Positions 48,872 through 59,870 of a stretch of DNA of 64,000 nt are shown in pieces; positions within the stretch are counted from its first letter, which is position 1, and every line of letters starts with the position of its first letter. Under the pieces are notes generated by a model. That model ran no database searches, had not been told where the DNA came from, and was given only the letters and a program-made list of their open reading frames with translations. Location of the stretch: the NCBI GenBank assembly GCA_963664815.2, contig CAXXHB010000003.1, positions 3,584,001-3,648,000 of the forward strand, given 5' to 3'. This DNA is from Spirochaetota bacterium (GTDB taxonomy: Bacteria > Spirochaetota > UBA4802 > UBA5550). The position numbers were made by a program, and so were the translations under genes.

Positions 48872-49379
48872 AGAAAACCTCACTTTTTTAGTTTTAGAGT
48901 AACTCTTTTTGCAGTAAAACCGGGATTCTGAATTTTCTATGAGCTGTGCCGCTCTCTTTAGCTATAAATGCTCATTAAGCTGATCGAACAAACCTGCTTT
49001 ACCTTAAAATATTGATTATCAGGATTCATGGTTTTTTATTTTTAATTTCAGTAATAATTTCCGAACACGTATTTAGTGTAAAAAATACTATCTCCCCACA
49101 GTTCAGTCATCTGAAACAGGGGGATTAAAGTATTTTTTCACTTATCAGAGTTAAGAAAATAAAACTGAGTTTTTTAGTATATGAACCCAGTATTCAATTA
49201 GTTTACTATATAAATATTCAGGTAGATAAATATCCAGCAATTTTTGTTTTTTTTTTAAAATTACAGTTCATAAATAAATACGGCGTTCAGAGAGCACTTG
49301 ACTCATTTACAACTCCTGAAAAATATACGGAGACTATATTCGTAATCATTCTATCAACACTAAAGGAATTAATAATGAA

Positions 49380-49460
49380 GAAGCCATACTTCATTAAATA
49401 ATATGCAGGTTCACATCCAATAATCCCACCATCTATAATCACACAATCCGCAATTTCCAC
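49380..49460 (-). pseudogene. 5' remnant of a DAO-family FAD-dependent oxidoreductase
   Basis: EIADCVIIDGGIIGCEPAYYLMKYG resembles the Rossmann start ADxVIIGGGIIGxxxAYYL; ORF ends at 49287. Confidence 0.55.
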
Positions 49461-49557
49461 ACGGATTAAATTTCTGTTTCATGTATCAATTCACCAGGAA
49501 AGTTTATATCCTGTGCCGGATACCTGCTATTTGCCCCCGGAATACCATATTAACTGA

Positions 49558-50673
49558 TTATTCCCAGTATATTATTTCTTCAATTACTCTCAGTAATTCA
49601 TTTATATCATGCTGATAAACATTACCGATATTACCTATACGGAATGTGTCTCTCTCGGTTATCTTTCCCGGATAAATTACATAACCATTTTTCTTTAACT
49701 CTTCATAGAATTTCCGAAATGAATATTTATCGCTTTCCGGTGAAAGAAAACTTGTTATTATCGGTGAATGCAGTTTATCAGGCAGAAGTGTACTGAATCC
49801 CAGCTCTCTCATACCGGATACAAGAGTTTTCTGGTTCAATAAGTACCGGCTGTTTCTTTCATGTATACCACCCTCTTTGTCAAGTTCTAACAAAGCCTCA
49901 TGAAATGCCCGTACCACATGTGTAGGTGATGTAAATCTCCATTTTCCATTATTCAGTTCCATTGTCTCCCACTGATCATATACATCCAGAGAATGAGACC
50001 TTGAGAAGCCCTTTGTCTGCCTGAGCTTTTCTTTGTCAGCTATAATAAAACCAAAACCAGGCACTCCCTGAAGGCATTTATTTGAGCTGCTTACAAGGTA
50101 ATCAATTTTATAATCATTCATATCTAATTCTATGCCGCCGAAACTGCTCATGGCATCAACGATATAATTCTTATTATATTTCTCTGCAAGAGCACCGATC
50201 TCCTTAACCGGATTGATTATACCGGTTGTCGTTTCAACATGTACAACGGCTATATGGGTTATATCACAATCAATCTTCAGTGTTTCCTCAATTTCATTCA
50301 GGTCAGGAAGAGATGTTTCATCCGCCTGAATCAGAACACAATCAATCTTCAGCATTGATGCAATCCTGTGAATTCTCAGACCATATGCACCATTGGCAAT
50401 CACAAGAAGTTTACCGTCATCAGGTATTACTGATCCCAATACGGCTTCTACTGAAAAAGTACCGCTCCCCTGCATCAGAATTGAAGTATATTTTCCTGCG
50501 GCGATTGAGGCCAGCTTCGTTAACCGGCTCCTTATATCCTGTACAATACTGTTATAATCATCATCCCAAGTACACCAGTCACGAAGCATTACCGATTTAA
50601 CCCTCTTTGATGTTGAAAGAGGTCCCGGCGTTAAAAGCAGATACGGATTTTCCGGTATATTGTTTAACTTCAT
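49558..50673 (-). CDS. phnW: 2-aminoethylphosphonate--pyruvate transaminase
   Basis: [51 protein letters not shown]. Confidence 0.95.
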   Translation of the reverse strand: MKLNNIPENPYLLLTPGPLSTSKRVKSVMLRDWCTWDDDYNSIVQDIRSRLTKLASIAAGKYTSILMQGSGTFSVEAVLGSVIPDDGKLLVIANGAYGLRIHRIASMLKIDCVLIQADETSLPDLNEIEETLKIDCDITHIAVVHVETTTGIINPVKEIGALAEKYNKNYIVDAMSSFGGIELDMNDYKIDYLVSSSNKCLQGVPGFGFIIADKEKLRQTKGFSRSHSLDVYDQWETMELNNGKWRFTSPTHVVRAFHEALLELDKEGGIHERNSRYLLNQKTLVSGMRELGFSTLLPDKLHSPIITSFLSPESDKYSFRKFYEELKKNGYVIYPGKITERDTFRIGNIGNVYQHDINELLRVIEEIIYWE

Positions 50674-50696
50674 AAATCCTCCGTCAGTTAGAATTT

Positions 50697-51542
50697 TCAT
50701 TTCAACGGGCCTGCCATTATCTGATTTATCTTTTCAATTACCTCATCCAGTTCACGAAGATCATCTATTACAAAGTGGGCCCCGAACGAAATAAATGTCC
50801 TGATGGCGGCTTCTCTCCTCAGATTAAACTGCTTTTCCCCGAAACTTCTCTCTTCCCGGAGAGATAGTCCCAGCTCACTGCTTCCGCGAATTACACCGAT
50901 ACTCCAGCATCCGGAGTTAATGCCCTCCTCAATATCACTTGCAGTATCACCAACTTTTACTATTGAATGCATTGGAAAAACATTTAGATTAATGGCATTT
51001 TGATAACACATCCAGGGTGATGGTCTGCCCGCGGGAAGATTATCCGGAGTGAGTACACAATCCGGCGAATAGCCGTTTCTTTTTACATCCGGAAGAATCA
51101 TCTCCATTGTCTCTTTTGTATAACCTGTCGTGGATCCGATTTTAATACCCGCTCTACGTAAACTGTCAACTGCTTCCAGTGTATGAGGTTTTATATCCAC
51201 GTGATTCATTACACTATCCATCAGGAAGCGATCAAACTCTTTATATATTGCATCAACATCGCTCTCTTCCGGTGAACTTCCATGAATGCTTATCCATAGT
51301 TTTCTCACTCTTCCTCCGGACAGTATCTTTCTTATATGTTCTTTCTTTGGAAGCCCCATAGGGGCCCTCACTTCCCCGATAGAAAGATCAATTCCGGACA
51401 TTTTAAATGAAGTGATAAATGCTTCAACCGGGGCAAAACACCCGTAATCAATAGTTGTCCCGGCCCAGTCAAAGATAACAGCCTGTATTTTATGACCTGT
51501 TTTAATCGTCATGGAATTATCTATAATCATCCCAAACTCCAT
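50697..51542 (-). CDS. phnX: phosphonoacetaldehyde hydrolase
   Basis: [36 protein letters not shown]; start may be 51512. Confidence 0.95.
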   Translation of the reverse strand: MEFGMIIDNSMTIKTGHKIQAVIFDWAGTTIDYGCFAPVEAFITSFKMSGIDLSIGEVRAPMGLPKKEHIRKILSGGRVRKLWISIHGSSPEESDVDAIYKEFDRFLMDSVMNHVDIKPHTLEAVDSLRRAGIKIGSTTGYTKETMEMILPDVKRNGYSPDCVLTPDNLPAGRPSPWMCYQNAINLNVFPMHSIVKVGDTASDIEEGINSGCWSIGVIRGSSELGLSLREERSFGEKQFNLRREAAIRTFISFGAHFVIDDLRELDEVIEKINQIMAGPLK

Positions 51543-53248
51543 TTTTGTGTTTTGTCATTTACATATCTGCGGAATATCCCGAATAAAAGTATAAATAAAG
51601 TATTTGTAAACAGTATCAATATGGACAACGCTGCAGCTTCTATTGTATCACCCGCGTCGTCCATATTTACAATCGCTATTGATGCCAGTTTCAGTTCAGA
51701 ACTGTAAATAAAAATCACAGCAGACACGGTAACCATTGAATTTACAAAAAAGTATGAGAATACTTCCATAATTGAGGGAATGGCTATTGGAGTTGTCACC
51801 TTCATCATTGTATAATAGAAAGGCACACCTAGTGATGCTGAAACCTTTTCAAATTCACTATCCATCTTTCTAAGTATGGAAGAGTAAGTAATAGTCGGAA
51901 CCGAGAAGAAATGTACTATATTAGCAAGCACAAGTATAGCCGCGGTTCCATAAACAGCATTAAGCGGATTTCTGAATTCGATATCAGTAAATGGGACTGA
52001 AAACACATCAGCGTTAAACAGAAAAATATATGAAAGACCTATTACAATACCGGGAAGCGCCATTGGGATAAGCGACATCAGATAATTAAATTTTCTTAAT
52101 ATCCGAAGAACCTCTGTTTTCTCGGTAAAGTAAGAGTTTATATAAACTATCAACGTTCCTGATAACGCCGTTATCGAAGCAATTCTTAAAGAATTGTAAT
52201 ATGGTTTAAGGCCATCACCGGCTACGTTCTTTAGTGTATAATGAGAAAGTGTAAAGCTCAGGTCGTATGGCCAGTTTTTCATTACTGACGCGAATATCAC
52301 CGATCCCAATATAAGTAAAATCATAACCGATATAGACATGCAGAATATAAAAAAAATCATATCCCTTACTGTTTTCTTTTTTATAACATATGGAGTTGAA
52401 CGAGACGTAATCATTGCATGCGACTGTTTCTGGTTAAGTATGTCAATAACGAACGATATTACCGCAGGTACCATCAGTAAAATACCAACCAGTGCCCCCA
52501 TATTGAAATTCTGCTGACCAATAACCTGTTTGTATATATCAGTTGCGAGTACATTGTAGTTGCCGCCTATAATCTTCGGCGCACCGAAATCGGTGAAGCA
52601 TAAAGTAAATGAAACAAAAAATGAACTGATAAGTCCATACCTGATCCCCGGAATTGTAATCTCCGTAAACTTGTGAAATGAATTTCCGCCGAGAGAGGTC
52701 GATGCTTCGTATAACCTGTAATCAGTACTTGAAAGCGATGCGTACAGTATCATATATACCTGGGGAAAGGTATATATCAGTTCACATATAATTATACCCG
52801 CCGGCCCGTAAATTTTAAATGGAAGGTTAAATCCGCCATCCACCAATCCCATAAACCCCGTTGTGACAATCCCCTTGTTGCCGAATATATAGATAAGAGC
52901 AAGAGCATAGAGCATTGTAGGCGCAAAAAGAGGGAGCATCGCGGTGAGCCTGAAAAACTTTTTCCCTTTTATTGATGTTCTTGATAATCCGTAAGCATAA
53001 ACAAACCCGAAGAACATGGAAATTAAAGTTGTAACTATTGAAATAAAAAACGTATTTGATAATGAAACCATCATATTCGGTGTTGAAAAATAATCGGAGA
53101 AATTCTGCAAGCCTACAAAAACATTATTCCTGTTAAAAAAAGCCTTGGCAAAAAGAATCGAGACCGGAAGCAGAACCGATATAATAAAAAACAGTGAGAT
53201 AAGAAGTACAAATAATACTTTTACAGATTTCTCATATTTTCTGATCAT
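51527..53248 (-). CDS. putative 2-aminoethylphosphonate ABC transporter permease (duplicated TM domain)
   Basis: LYEAS..LG loop, TDFGAPKIIGG, QQNF.MGA; located in the phnWX operon. Confidence 0.88.
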   Translation of the reverse strand: MIRKYEKSVKVLFVLLISLFFIISVLLPVSILFAKAFFNRNNVFVGLQNFSDYFSTPNMMVSLSNTFFISIVTTLISMFFGFVYAYGLSRTSIKGKKFFRLTAMLPLFAPTMLYALALIYIFGNKGIVTTGFMGLVDGGFNLPFKIYGPAGIIICELIYTFPQVYMILYASLSSTDYRLYEASTSLGGNSFHKFTEITIPGIRYGLISSFFVSFTLCFTDFGAPKIIGGNYNVLATDIYKQVIGQQNFNMGALVGILLMVPAVISFVIDILNQKQSHAMITSRSTPYVIKKKTVRDMIFFIFCMSISVMILLILGSVIFASVMKNWPYDLSFTLSHYTLKNVAGDGLKPYYNSLRIASITALSGTLIVYINSYFTEKTEVLRILRKFNYLMSLIPMALPGIVIGLSYIFLFNADVFSVPFTDIEFRNPLNAVYGTAAILVLANIVHFFSVPTITYSSILRKMDSEFEKVSASLGVPFYYTMMKVTTPIAIPSIMEVFSYFFVNSMVTVSAVIFIYSSELKLASIAIVNMDDAGDTIEAAALSILILFTNTLFILLFGIFRRYVNDKTQKWSLG

Positions 53249-53260
53249 TTACCGGTTCTC

Positions 53261-54259
53261 TTAATTCTGATACGTAATCACTTTGTTTTCAGGGAGCCGT
53301 ACAGATAAAACAGAGTTTTTATTAAGGTTCATTCTTGCAAACAGAGACGTATTTACATCCATAGTCAACAAATCGCTGCATCCGTCCGGTAACTCTTCCG
53401 GTTTTAATGTAATTCTGTATGAACTTCCCATGAATTCACAGTTTTCCACAATCGTCTTTATCGATTCACAATCATCAGAATCACTTAACTCAATATGTTC
53501 AGGTCTTATAGCTTTAATCGAGCCACTCTCTCTTATAAAATTTATTTCACCAATAAAATCCGCAACAAAAAGACTGGATGGTGTATTGTAAATTTCTTCC
53601 GGTCTGCCAATCTGCACTATTTCTCCATCATACATTACAGCAATTCTGTCAGACATAGTAAGAGCCTCTTCCTGATCATGAGTCACCATGATTGTAGTAA
53701 CCCCTATTTTCTCCTGGATATATTTCAGTTCTTTCCTGAGTCTCCCCCTGACCTTTGCATCAAGCGCTGACAATGGTTCATCAAGCAGAAGTAAACATGG
53801 ATCAAGAACCAGTACCCTCGCAAGGGCTACCCTCTGCTGCTGACCGCCGGACATCTCGGCAGGATATTTATTTATGCTTTTTTCAAGATCCACCAGCTTA
53901 ATTATATTCATTATTCTCTCTTTTTTTTCCATATTAGAGAGTTTTTTCATCCTTATTCCATACTCAATATTCTGATATGCCGTAAGATTCGGGAAAAGAG
54001 CATAAGACTGAAATACAATGCCGAAATTTCTATTTAAAGTGTCTATTGAAGTAATTTCATTTTTATCAAGGAAGATTCTTCCTGTGTCCGGATTTTCCAA
54101 TCCGGCAATAACTCTGATAAGAGTGGATTTACCACATCCGCTTGGTCCAAGAAAGCTCAGGAACTCCCCTTTTTTAACTTCAAATGATATACCTTTAAGA
54201 ACAGGGTGTTTCCCATATTGTTTAGAGATTTCTTCGATTTTTAAATATGATTTAACCAT
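53261..54259 (-). CDS. 2-aminoethylphosphonate ABC transporter ATP-binding subunit
   Basis: GPSGCGKS, FQSYALFP, MSGGQQQR, LLLDEP, VTHDQEEA. Confidence 0.92.
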   Translation of the reverse strand: MVKSYLKIEEISKQYGKHPVLKGISFEVKKGEFLSFLGPSGCGKSTLIRVIAGLENPDTGRIFLDKNEITSIDTLNRNFGIVFQSYALFPNLTAYQNIEYGIRMKKLSNMEKKERIMNIIKLVDLEKSINKYPAEMSGGQQQRVALARVLVLDPCLLLLDEPLSALDAKVRGRLRKELKYIQEKIGVTTIMVTHDQEEALTMSDRIAVMYDGEIVQIGRPEEIYNTPSSLFVADFIGEINFIRESGSIKAIRPEHIELSDSDDCESIKTIVENCEFMGSSYRITLKPEELPDGCSDLLTMDVNTSLFARMNLNKNSVLSVRLPENKVITYQN

Positions 54260-54275
54260 AGTTGTAACCTCTCTT

Positions 54276-54301
54276 ATTCTGAGGGGATGTCCCCTCAGAA
54301 T
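54276..54301. promoter_or_regulatory. intra-operonic stem-loop after the binding-protein gene
   Basis: ATTCTGAGGGGA-tg-TCCCCTCAGAAT. Confidence 0.6.
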
Positions 54302-54318
54302 GTATTATTCTCATATTA

Positions 54319-55329
54319 TCATTTTGGCGCTGATTTGCTTTCGTATCTTTTTGACCATTCCTGAAGAATTCGGTCTCTGTTCTTTGAAGTCCAGTAGAAG
54401 TCATTTTTTATAAGCTGCTTAAGCGGTTGTTTACTGTAGCCTTCCGGTACCGGATAATTATTTTTTACTGAAATTATAGCAAAGCTCTTAATGTATTCCT
54501 TCATTGCATCATCAGAGATTGCCCAGTCGAGAAAAAGTTTTGCTTCATTTTTAATTTTCTTTTTCTTAATCAGTGCATTTGACTCCATATCCCAGCCTGA
54601 CCCCTCTTTAGGGAATACTGTTGTAACCGGTTCACCTTTCTGTTTCTGAATTATTCCCCTGTAGCCGAATGATATACCGATAAGGAATTCGCCCTGTCCC
54701 GCCATCTTTGCCGGTTTGGAACCGGAATGAACATACTGGGCTATATTTTCATTAAGCTTATCCATGTATTCCCATCCCTTGTTCTCCCCCATAAGCTGGA
54801 GTATTGCTGAGACAGTTAAATAACCGGTACCTGATGAAGCAGGGTGAGACATTACAATTTGTCCCCTGTATACGGGATTTAATAAATCCTTGTAAGTGGC
54901 CGGCACCGGGAGTTTTCTTTTCTTAAGTTCGACGGTGTTACATACAAAAGCAGTTTCCCATATATCAATGCCTACCCAGTGAGGAACTTTATTTTTTGTA
55001 TCTTTGAAATTCTGGAGAACTCTTTCTATACCTGCAGGTGAGTATTCCTCCAGCATACCAAGATCATCCATTCCGATGAGATTGGTTACGGCCGTCCCCC
55101 ATACAACGTCCGCCACAGGGTTATTTTTTTCAGAAATCAGTTTTGCCGCGATTACACCGGTGGAATCCCTTACGATATTAACTTTAATATCCGGATATTT
55201 CTTTTTAAAAGAATCCAGATACCTCATTATCTGATCATCTTCGAGAGCGGTATAGACCGTAATTTCGCTGGAAAAGCCTGGTGCTAAAAATGCAAAAAGA
55301 AGAAGAATCATAAAACCTATTTTTTTCAT
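54319..55329 (-). CDS. 2-aminoethylphosphonate ABC transporter substrate-binding protein
   Basis: YTALE, RDSTG, PASSGTG, HSGSKP, EGSGWDME; signal peptide; RBS AGGAGG. Confidence 0.9.
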   Translation of the reverse strand: MKKIGFMILLLFAFLAPGFSSEITVYTALEDDQIMRYLDSFKKKYPDIKVNIVRDSTGVIAAKLISEKNNPVADVVWGTAVTNLIGMDDLGMLEEYSPAGIERVLQNFKDTKNKVPHWVGIDIWETAFVCNTVELKKRKLPVPATYKDLLNPVYRGQIVMSHPASSGTGYLTVSAILQLMGENKGWEYMDKLNENIAQYVHSGSKPAKMAGQGEFLIGISFGYRGIIQKQKGEPVTTVFPKEGSGWDMESNALIKKKKIKNEAKLFLDWAISDDAMKEYIKSFAIISVKNNYPVPEGYSKQPLKQLIKNDFYWTSKNRDRILQEWSKRYESKSAPK

Positions 55330-55654
55330 AAAACCTCCTTGAGATTAAATCACTAATTACTCATTTTATATCTGTTACATTAGTATACACTGGACTTAAA
55401 TATTAGAAATATCGTGATACGCCCGATATTAGAGTAATTGCTTACAGGAATAGTTATTTTATTGTGTAAATTTTTTATAAAGGAAGTGTGTAAAAATTGT
55501 TTTATGTTGTTTTAGTCAGTTTTTTATTTTTAATATAACCGGATGGATGCAATAATTTACATTTTTTAAGAATTATAGTTTTATGCAGCTTCAAATAATA
55601 ATTTGCCAAATCCGGAGTAAAATCAAACTTAAATAGAAATGTACTATCTTAAAT

Positions 55655-55924
55655 TTAACGATACTTCAAAACAGATACGACAACCCCGGAAAAAAGAACT
55701 AAATTTGTAATACCGAAAATTTTCAAAACCGGGTCCGATGATATCACTGATGCGGGAAGCATCAATATGACAGAGCCCCATATTCCAAGTGCCCATACAA
55801 GCGAAATGTCGGAAGATGATTTTCTCTTCCATATCTTATATATTAGCGGAATATTAAAAAGAGGCATGATGATACTGGCGGCAATACCACCGAATTTTGC
55901 TGTTTCAGTAAAAACTTCGTTCAT
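55655..55924 (-). CDS. PQ-loop/SemiSWEET-like 3-TM protein
   Basis: PLFNIPLIYKIWKRKSSSDISL pattern; 89 aa. Confidence 0.7.
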   Translation of the reverse strand: MNEVFTETAKFGGIAASIIMPLFNIPLIYKIWKRKSSSDISLVWALGIWGSVILMLPASVISSDPVLKIFGITNLVLFSGVVVSVLKYR

Positions 55925-56059
55925 TTTAAACCTCTCTGAATTTATAATTCATCCCTGGCCGTTCTGATATAAAATCAATCTGCCGATACAGGCAGGATGG
56001 CAAAAGCATGTTTTCCTGAACCATTAATGTCTGGCGGGCTGTAGGGGGAATCAGAATCA

Positions 56060-56944
56060 TTATCTGTAAACGCCTTCAGCGTCCATAATCAGCTTTTTCA
56101 CATAGTTAAGGATATTTAAAACCGGGGTGAGACTGCTGAGTGGAGCCTCATCTACAATCAACTGATTGCGCCTGAAAACCGAAAGTAATACCTCCCCTTT
56201 ATACGACTGTTTTCTGAAAGACCACACTGCATTAATAAACAGCTCGCGGGGAAATATCCCCTTTATATCTTTAAATCCCCATTCCCTTAATGAATCCCGT
56301 ATAATTGTAGTACAGCTGTTGCTGAACTTGCCAAACTCAGCATAAAATTCCGGTTTTAACGGGTTTACAGGGGTGTCATAGATTTGCTTTAGTTTCCCGC
56401 GCAGAATTGATTCAAGAGAGAGTGTTTCCTTCCCTGTAATCCTCGCAACATGTATAGTTCTCATAAACTGGCGGCCGAACTTATCGAGATACGGCTTTTC
56501 AGGATTTGAAATATCAAAAAGACCATCGGGTGACGGACTGAATCGTCCAAGTGCCGGACGGTAGAAATACTCCTCCTCTGTCATGATCTCACATTCATTC
56601 AAAAGGTGGGAGAAATTAAAAATATATCCGTTAACATTTATTGCAAGGTGCCCCAGCATTGACATTGTATATTTCACCAGGCGTTCATTATAATAGAGTT
56701 CCACAAAGGATTCTCCGGTTCTTTCACTCACGGGCCAGAGCAGTACTATAGGTTTTCCCGTGAGATAATCTGTTTCAGGGAGAATTCTTCCGCATAGCAT
56801 TTTACCCTGCCAGTGCATGAGGTATCCCTCCCAGATTGCGCAGCCGGAAAAATATTCTGTCCCGTCCAGCCCTTTCAGATATATTTTTGCCCCCTCCCTG
56901 GCGAGTATACCACTGACATCTTTGTTGTTCATAGAGTCTTCCAT
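56060..56944 (-). CDS. hypothetical protein, possibly permuted papain-like fold
   Basis: GHLAINV ... SNSCTT. Confidence 0.6.
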   Translation of the reverse strand: MEDSMNNKDVSGILAREGAKIYLKGLDGTEYFSGCAIWEGYLMHWQGKMLCGRILPETDYLTGKPIVLLWPVSERTGESFVELYYNERLVKYTMSMLGHLAINVNGYIFNFSHLLNECEIMTEEEYFYRPALGRFSPSPDGLFDISNPEKPYLDKFGRQFMRTIHVARITGKETLSLESILRGKLKQIYDTPVNPLKPEFYAEFGKFSNSCTTIIRDSLREWGFKDIKGIFPRELFINAVWSFRKQSYKGEVLLSVFRRNQLIVDEAPLSSLTPVLNILNYVKKLIMDAEGVYR

Positions 56945-57330
56945 CCGGTTTGTTTATGCATTTTATTCACCGGTGTCAAGACATTAACTAATTGCAAAGA
57001 GGGGATCATCACCTGATTCAAAGCATCCGAATGTATCACTTTTTAAATTCAGAAAACCTGTATGGTTAAGGGGGCCAAAGACGCCATAACCGAGTGGATT
57101 TTTTTTAAATGTCCGGCTTAAAAAAACAAATTTGAGTTGATAAAATAATTGTCGGTGATAAAATTGCAAAATTGCGTTTATCGAACGGGCTGGTTCTGAA
57201 ACTTTTCTTTGTTAATGTATCGACGACATAACACGTGCCGGGTCATCGGGTGATCTGCCAAGATGTTTCAGTGTAATATCATTCTGTCCGTGAACAGCAG
57301 AAAAAAATAAAAAAAATCGGAGGATTTTTT

Positions 57331-57894
57331 ATGAGTAACGAGAATTTTGCAAATCCGGCACCTGTGGGGCTCCTGGGATTCGGTATGACTACCATCCTTC
57401 TTAACTTCCACAACGCGGGATTCTATCCGCTTGATGCGATGATCATGGGAATGGGTGTTTTCTTCGGCGGACTCGCACAGCTTATTGCAGGTACTATGGA
57501 GTTTAAAAAAGGCAACACCTTCGGTCAGGCGGCTTTTATGTCCTATGGAGCTTTCTGGCTGCTTCTTGTATTTCTCTGGCTCGTTCCCAAAACTGCTATG
57601 GGTGCTGCTTTTCCGGTATGTAATACTTCACTGGGAGTTTTCTTCACAGTTTGGGGTGTTTTCACATTCTTTATGTTCATTGGAACACTGAATGGCAACA
57701 AAGCTACACAGGTTATTTTCTTTTCACTTGCTGTTCTCTTCTTTCTCCTTGCTGCAAGAAGATTTCTGGACAGTGAAATAATAGAAAGAATAGCGGGTTT
57801 TGAAGGTATTTTCTGCGGTTTAAGCGCATTATACACAGCACTTGGTGAAATTCTCAACGAAAAAATGGGAAAAACAATTCTTCCTCTTGGTTAA
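57331..57894 (+). CDS. satP: acetate/succinate uptake transporter (GPR1/FUN34/YaaH)
   Basis: ANPAPVGLLGFGMTT, GNTFG, SYGAFW; RBS GGAGG. Confidence 0.93.
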   Translation: MSNENFANPAPVGLLGFGMTTILLNFHNAGFYPLDAMIMGMGVFFGGLAQLIAGTMEFKKGNTFGQAAFMSYGAFWLLLVFLWLVPKTAMGAAFPVCNTSLGVFFTVWGVFTFFMFIGTLNGNKATQVIFFSLAVLFFLLAARRFLDSEIIERIAGFEGIFCGLSALYTALGEILNEKMGKTILPLG

Positions 57895-57912
57895 TCAGCA
57901 TAATTGGTCTAC

Positions 57913-57952
57913 TAATAAAAAAGCTGCCGCTAAAACGGCAGCTTTTTTATTA
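57913..57952 (+). terminator. rho-independent terminator
   Basis: TAATAAAAAAGCTGCCG-ctaaaa-CGGCAGCTTTTTTATTA. Confidence 0.85.
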
Positions 57953-58068
57953 ATGTGCAGGCTGTAAATGACCACATATTCATCTCCTTATAAAAAAAGT
58001 GTTGAAAATTACATTTAAAAAAAAATATTGAGAGGAGACTCCATGCAATTTGTTTTTTTGAGGAAAAT

Positions 58069-59040
58069 ATGAATAGAACATGCACTGCTGTTGCCATTAT
58101 GGTGCTGACAGCCACTATACTTACTGCCGGGCAGGATAATGCTCCTGCTGTCAATCTCTCCGCAATAAAGTATAAAATTGTTTACGAGACATTTGAAAAC
58201 AACAGCTTCGATCTCTGCATAATAAATGCCGACGGGACAGGGAAAAAGAAACTTACTAATACGCCGGGCATACATGAGATGTACGCTCATGTCTCCCCTG
58301 ACGGAAAGAAAATCAGCTACCTCGAAGATTCGGGAGAAGGGAGAAACAGAAAACGCGATCTTTATTTGATGAACATTGACGGTTCAGGAAGAACTCTCAT
58401 CTCGAAAGATGCAAGAGAGCAGTGCTGGTCTCCTGACGGAAAATTTATTGCATTTGTAAAACCGGAATCTGCGCGAAGATTCTCCATGGAGAGCTGGTCG
58501 ACCAAAGGGCTCTTCTTTTATGAAATGGCAACCGGTCAGATCAGAGAACATGCGAATAAAAAGCTTGAACACCTTTACTCCCTATGCTGGTCGCCAGACG
58601 GGAAATACATCACAGCGACCGTTCTCGGAGGGATGGGGTTCAAACATACCGATATAGGGATTGAAGTTAACGGTTCACGATATTTCAAACTGAACATTGT
58701 CGGATGCAGGCCGGAGTTTTCACCTGACGGAAGTATGATCGGATGGGGAAAATCTGACTGCGAATTTTACATCGCAAAAATAAACATGAGCAGACCTGTT
58801 CCTGTAGCGGATAAGGATAAAATACCATTTCTATCTGTTTCGAAAGGGTACGAGGTTTATCACCTGGACTGGTCGCCGGATGGAAAATACATTGCTTTCT
58901 CTTTCGGCCCGGACGGTGATCAGCACGTAGGGGGTACGGCGAAGGGATGGAATATATGTATTGCGGAGATCGCTACCGGCAAATGGGCATATGTTACAAC
59001 AGACGGCAACCAGAATAAGGAACCAGACTGGATTCCATGA
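58069..59040 (+). CDS. TolB-like PD40 beta-propeller, exported
   Basis: Five (W/V/F)SPDG repeats, C-terminal EPDW; signal peptide. Confidence 0.88.
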   Translation: MNRTCTAVAIMVLTATILTAGQDNAPAVNLSAIKYKIVYETFENNSFDLCIINADGTGKKKLTNTPGIHEMYAHVSPDGKKISYLEDSGEGRNRKRDLYLMNIDGSGRTLISKDAREQCWSPDGKFIAFVKPESARRFSMESWSTKGLFFYEMATGQIREHANKKLEHLYSLCWSPDGKYITATVLGGMGFKHTDIGIEVNGSRYFKLNIVGCRPEFSPDGSMIGWGKSDCEFYIAKINMSRPVPVADKDKIPFLSVSKGYEVYHLDWSPDGKYIAFSFGPDGDQHVGGTAKGWNICIAEIATGKWAYVTTDGNQNKEPDWIP

Positions 59041-59864
59041 GGAAAAATAAAATGAAAAAGTATATTACAATAATTACAATAGCTGCATTCATGGCCGTTT
59101 TACCATCCTGCGGCGGAAAAAAAGTCAGCACTGAAATTAAAGACATAAAAAGTAAATCCGGCATCGAAATGGTGTCCCTCCCCGGCGGTGAGTTTACCAT
59201 GGGAGAAGGAGAGAGCTCACATAAAGTCAAGCTATCTCCTTTCTACATCGACAGATATGAAGTTACACAGGAGATGTTCAAAAAGCTTGAACTCCCCAAC
59301 CCTTCCCATTTTAAAGGGGATAAATATCCGGTTGAGATGGTTGCATGGGTCAATGCCGCTGTTTACTGCAACGAAAGATCACTTGAGGAGGGTCTTACTC
59401 CATGTTATAACGAGGATACATGGGAATGCAGCTTCAATGCCAACGGCTACAGGCTGCCGACTGAAGCCGAGTGGGAGTATGCCGCCAGAGCGGGAAGCAG
59501 CGATAAATTCTATTTCGGAAACGAAAAGAAAAATTTAAAAAACTACGCTATTTACATTAAAAACTCATCCGGGAAAACCGCAGCAGTCGGTTCACGAAAA
59601 CCAAATTCATGGGGTTTATATGACATGTACGGCAACGTAGCCGAATGGTGTAACGACATTTTTTCTGCCGATTACTACAAGGCCTCTTCTCTTTCAGACC
59701 CGAGCGGTCCTAAAAAAGGGAAAGAACGCGTTCTCCGTGGAGGTTCATGGAGCGACCAGGAAGAGGTTTTCGGCTCGGCATCAAGGGCTATGGATGGATC
59801 AATCAACGATGCATGCATTCTCCGTGACACTATCGGATTCAGATGTGTCAGAAGGGCGGATTGA
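59037..59864 (+). CDS. FGE-sulfatase (SUMF1/CLec-fold) lipoprotein
   Basis: Lipobox VLPS-C; GGEFTMG, YRLPTEAEWEYAAR, GLYDMYGNVAEWC, RGGSW, GFRC. Confidence 0.9.
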   Translation: MRKNKMKKYITIITIAAFMAVLPSCGGKKVSTEIKDIKSKSGIEMVSLPGGEFTMGEGESSHKVKLSPFYIDRYEVTQEMFKKLELPNPSHFKGDKYPVEMVAWVNAAVYCNERSLEEGLTPCYNEDTWECSFNANGYRLPTEAEWEYAARAGSSDKFYFGNEKKNLKNYAIYIKNSSGKTAAVGSRKPNSWGLYDMYGNVAEWCNDIFSADYYKASSLSDPSGPKKGKERVLRGGSWSDQEEVFGSASRAMDGSINDACILRDTIGFRCVRRAD

Positions 59865-59870
59865 TCCCTG

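Noticed and set aside
49075-49143. Imperfect inverted repeat upstream of the acyl-CoA dehydrogenase gene as an ncRNA
   Set aside because: AT-rich arms with several mismatches; insufficient support
57180-57330. Structured RNA leader before satP
   Set aside because: GC-richer patch but no known motif or convincing fold by eye
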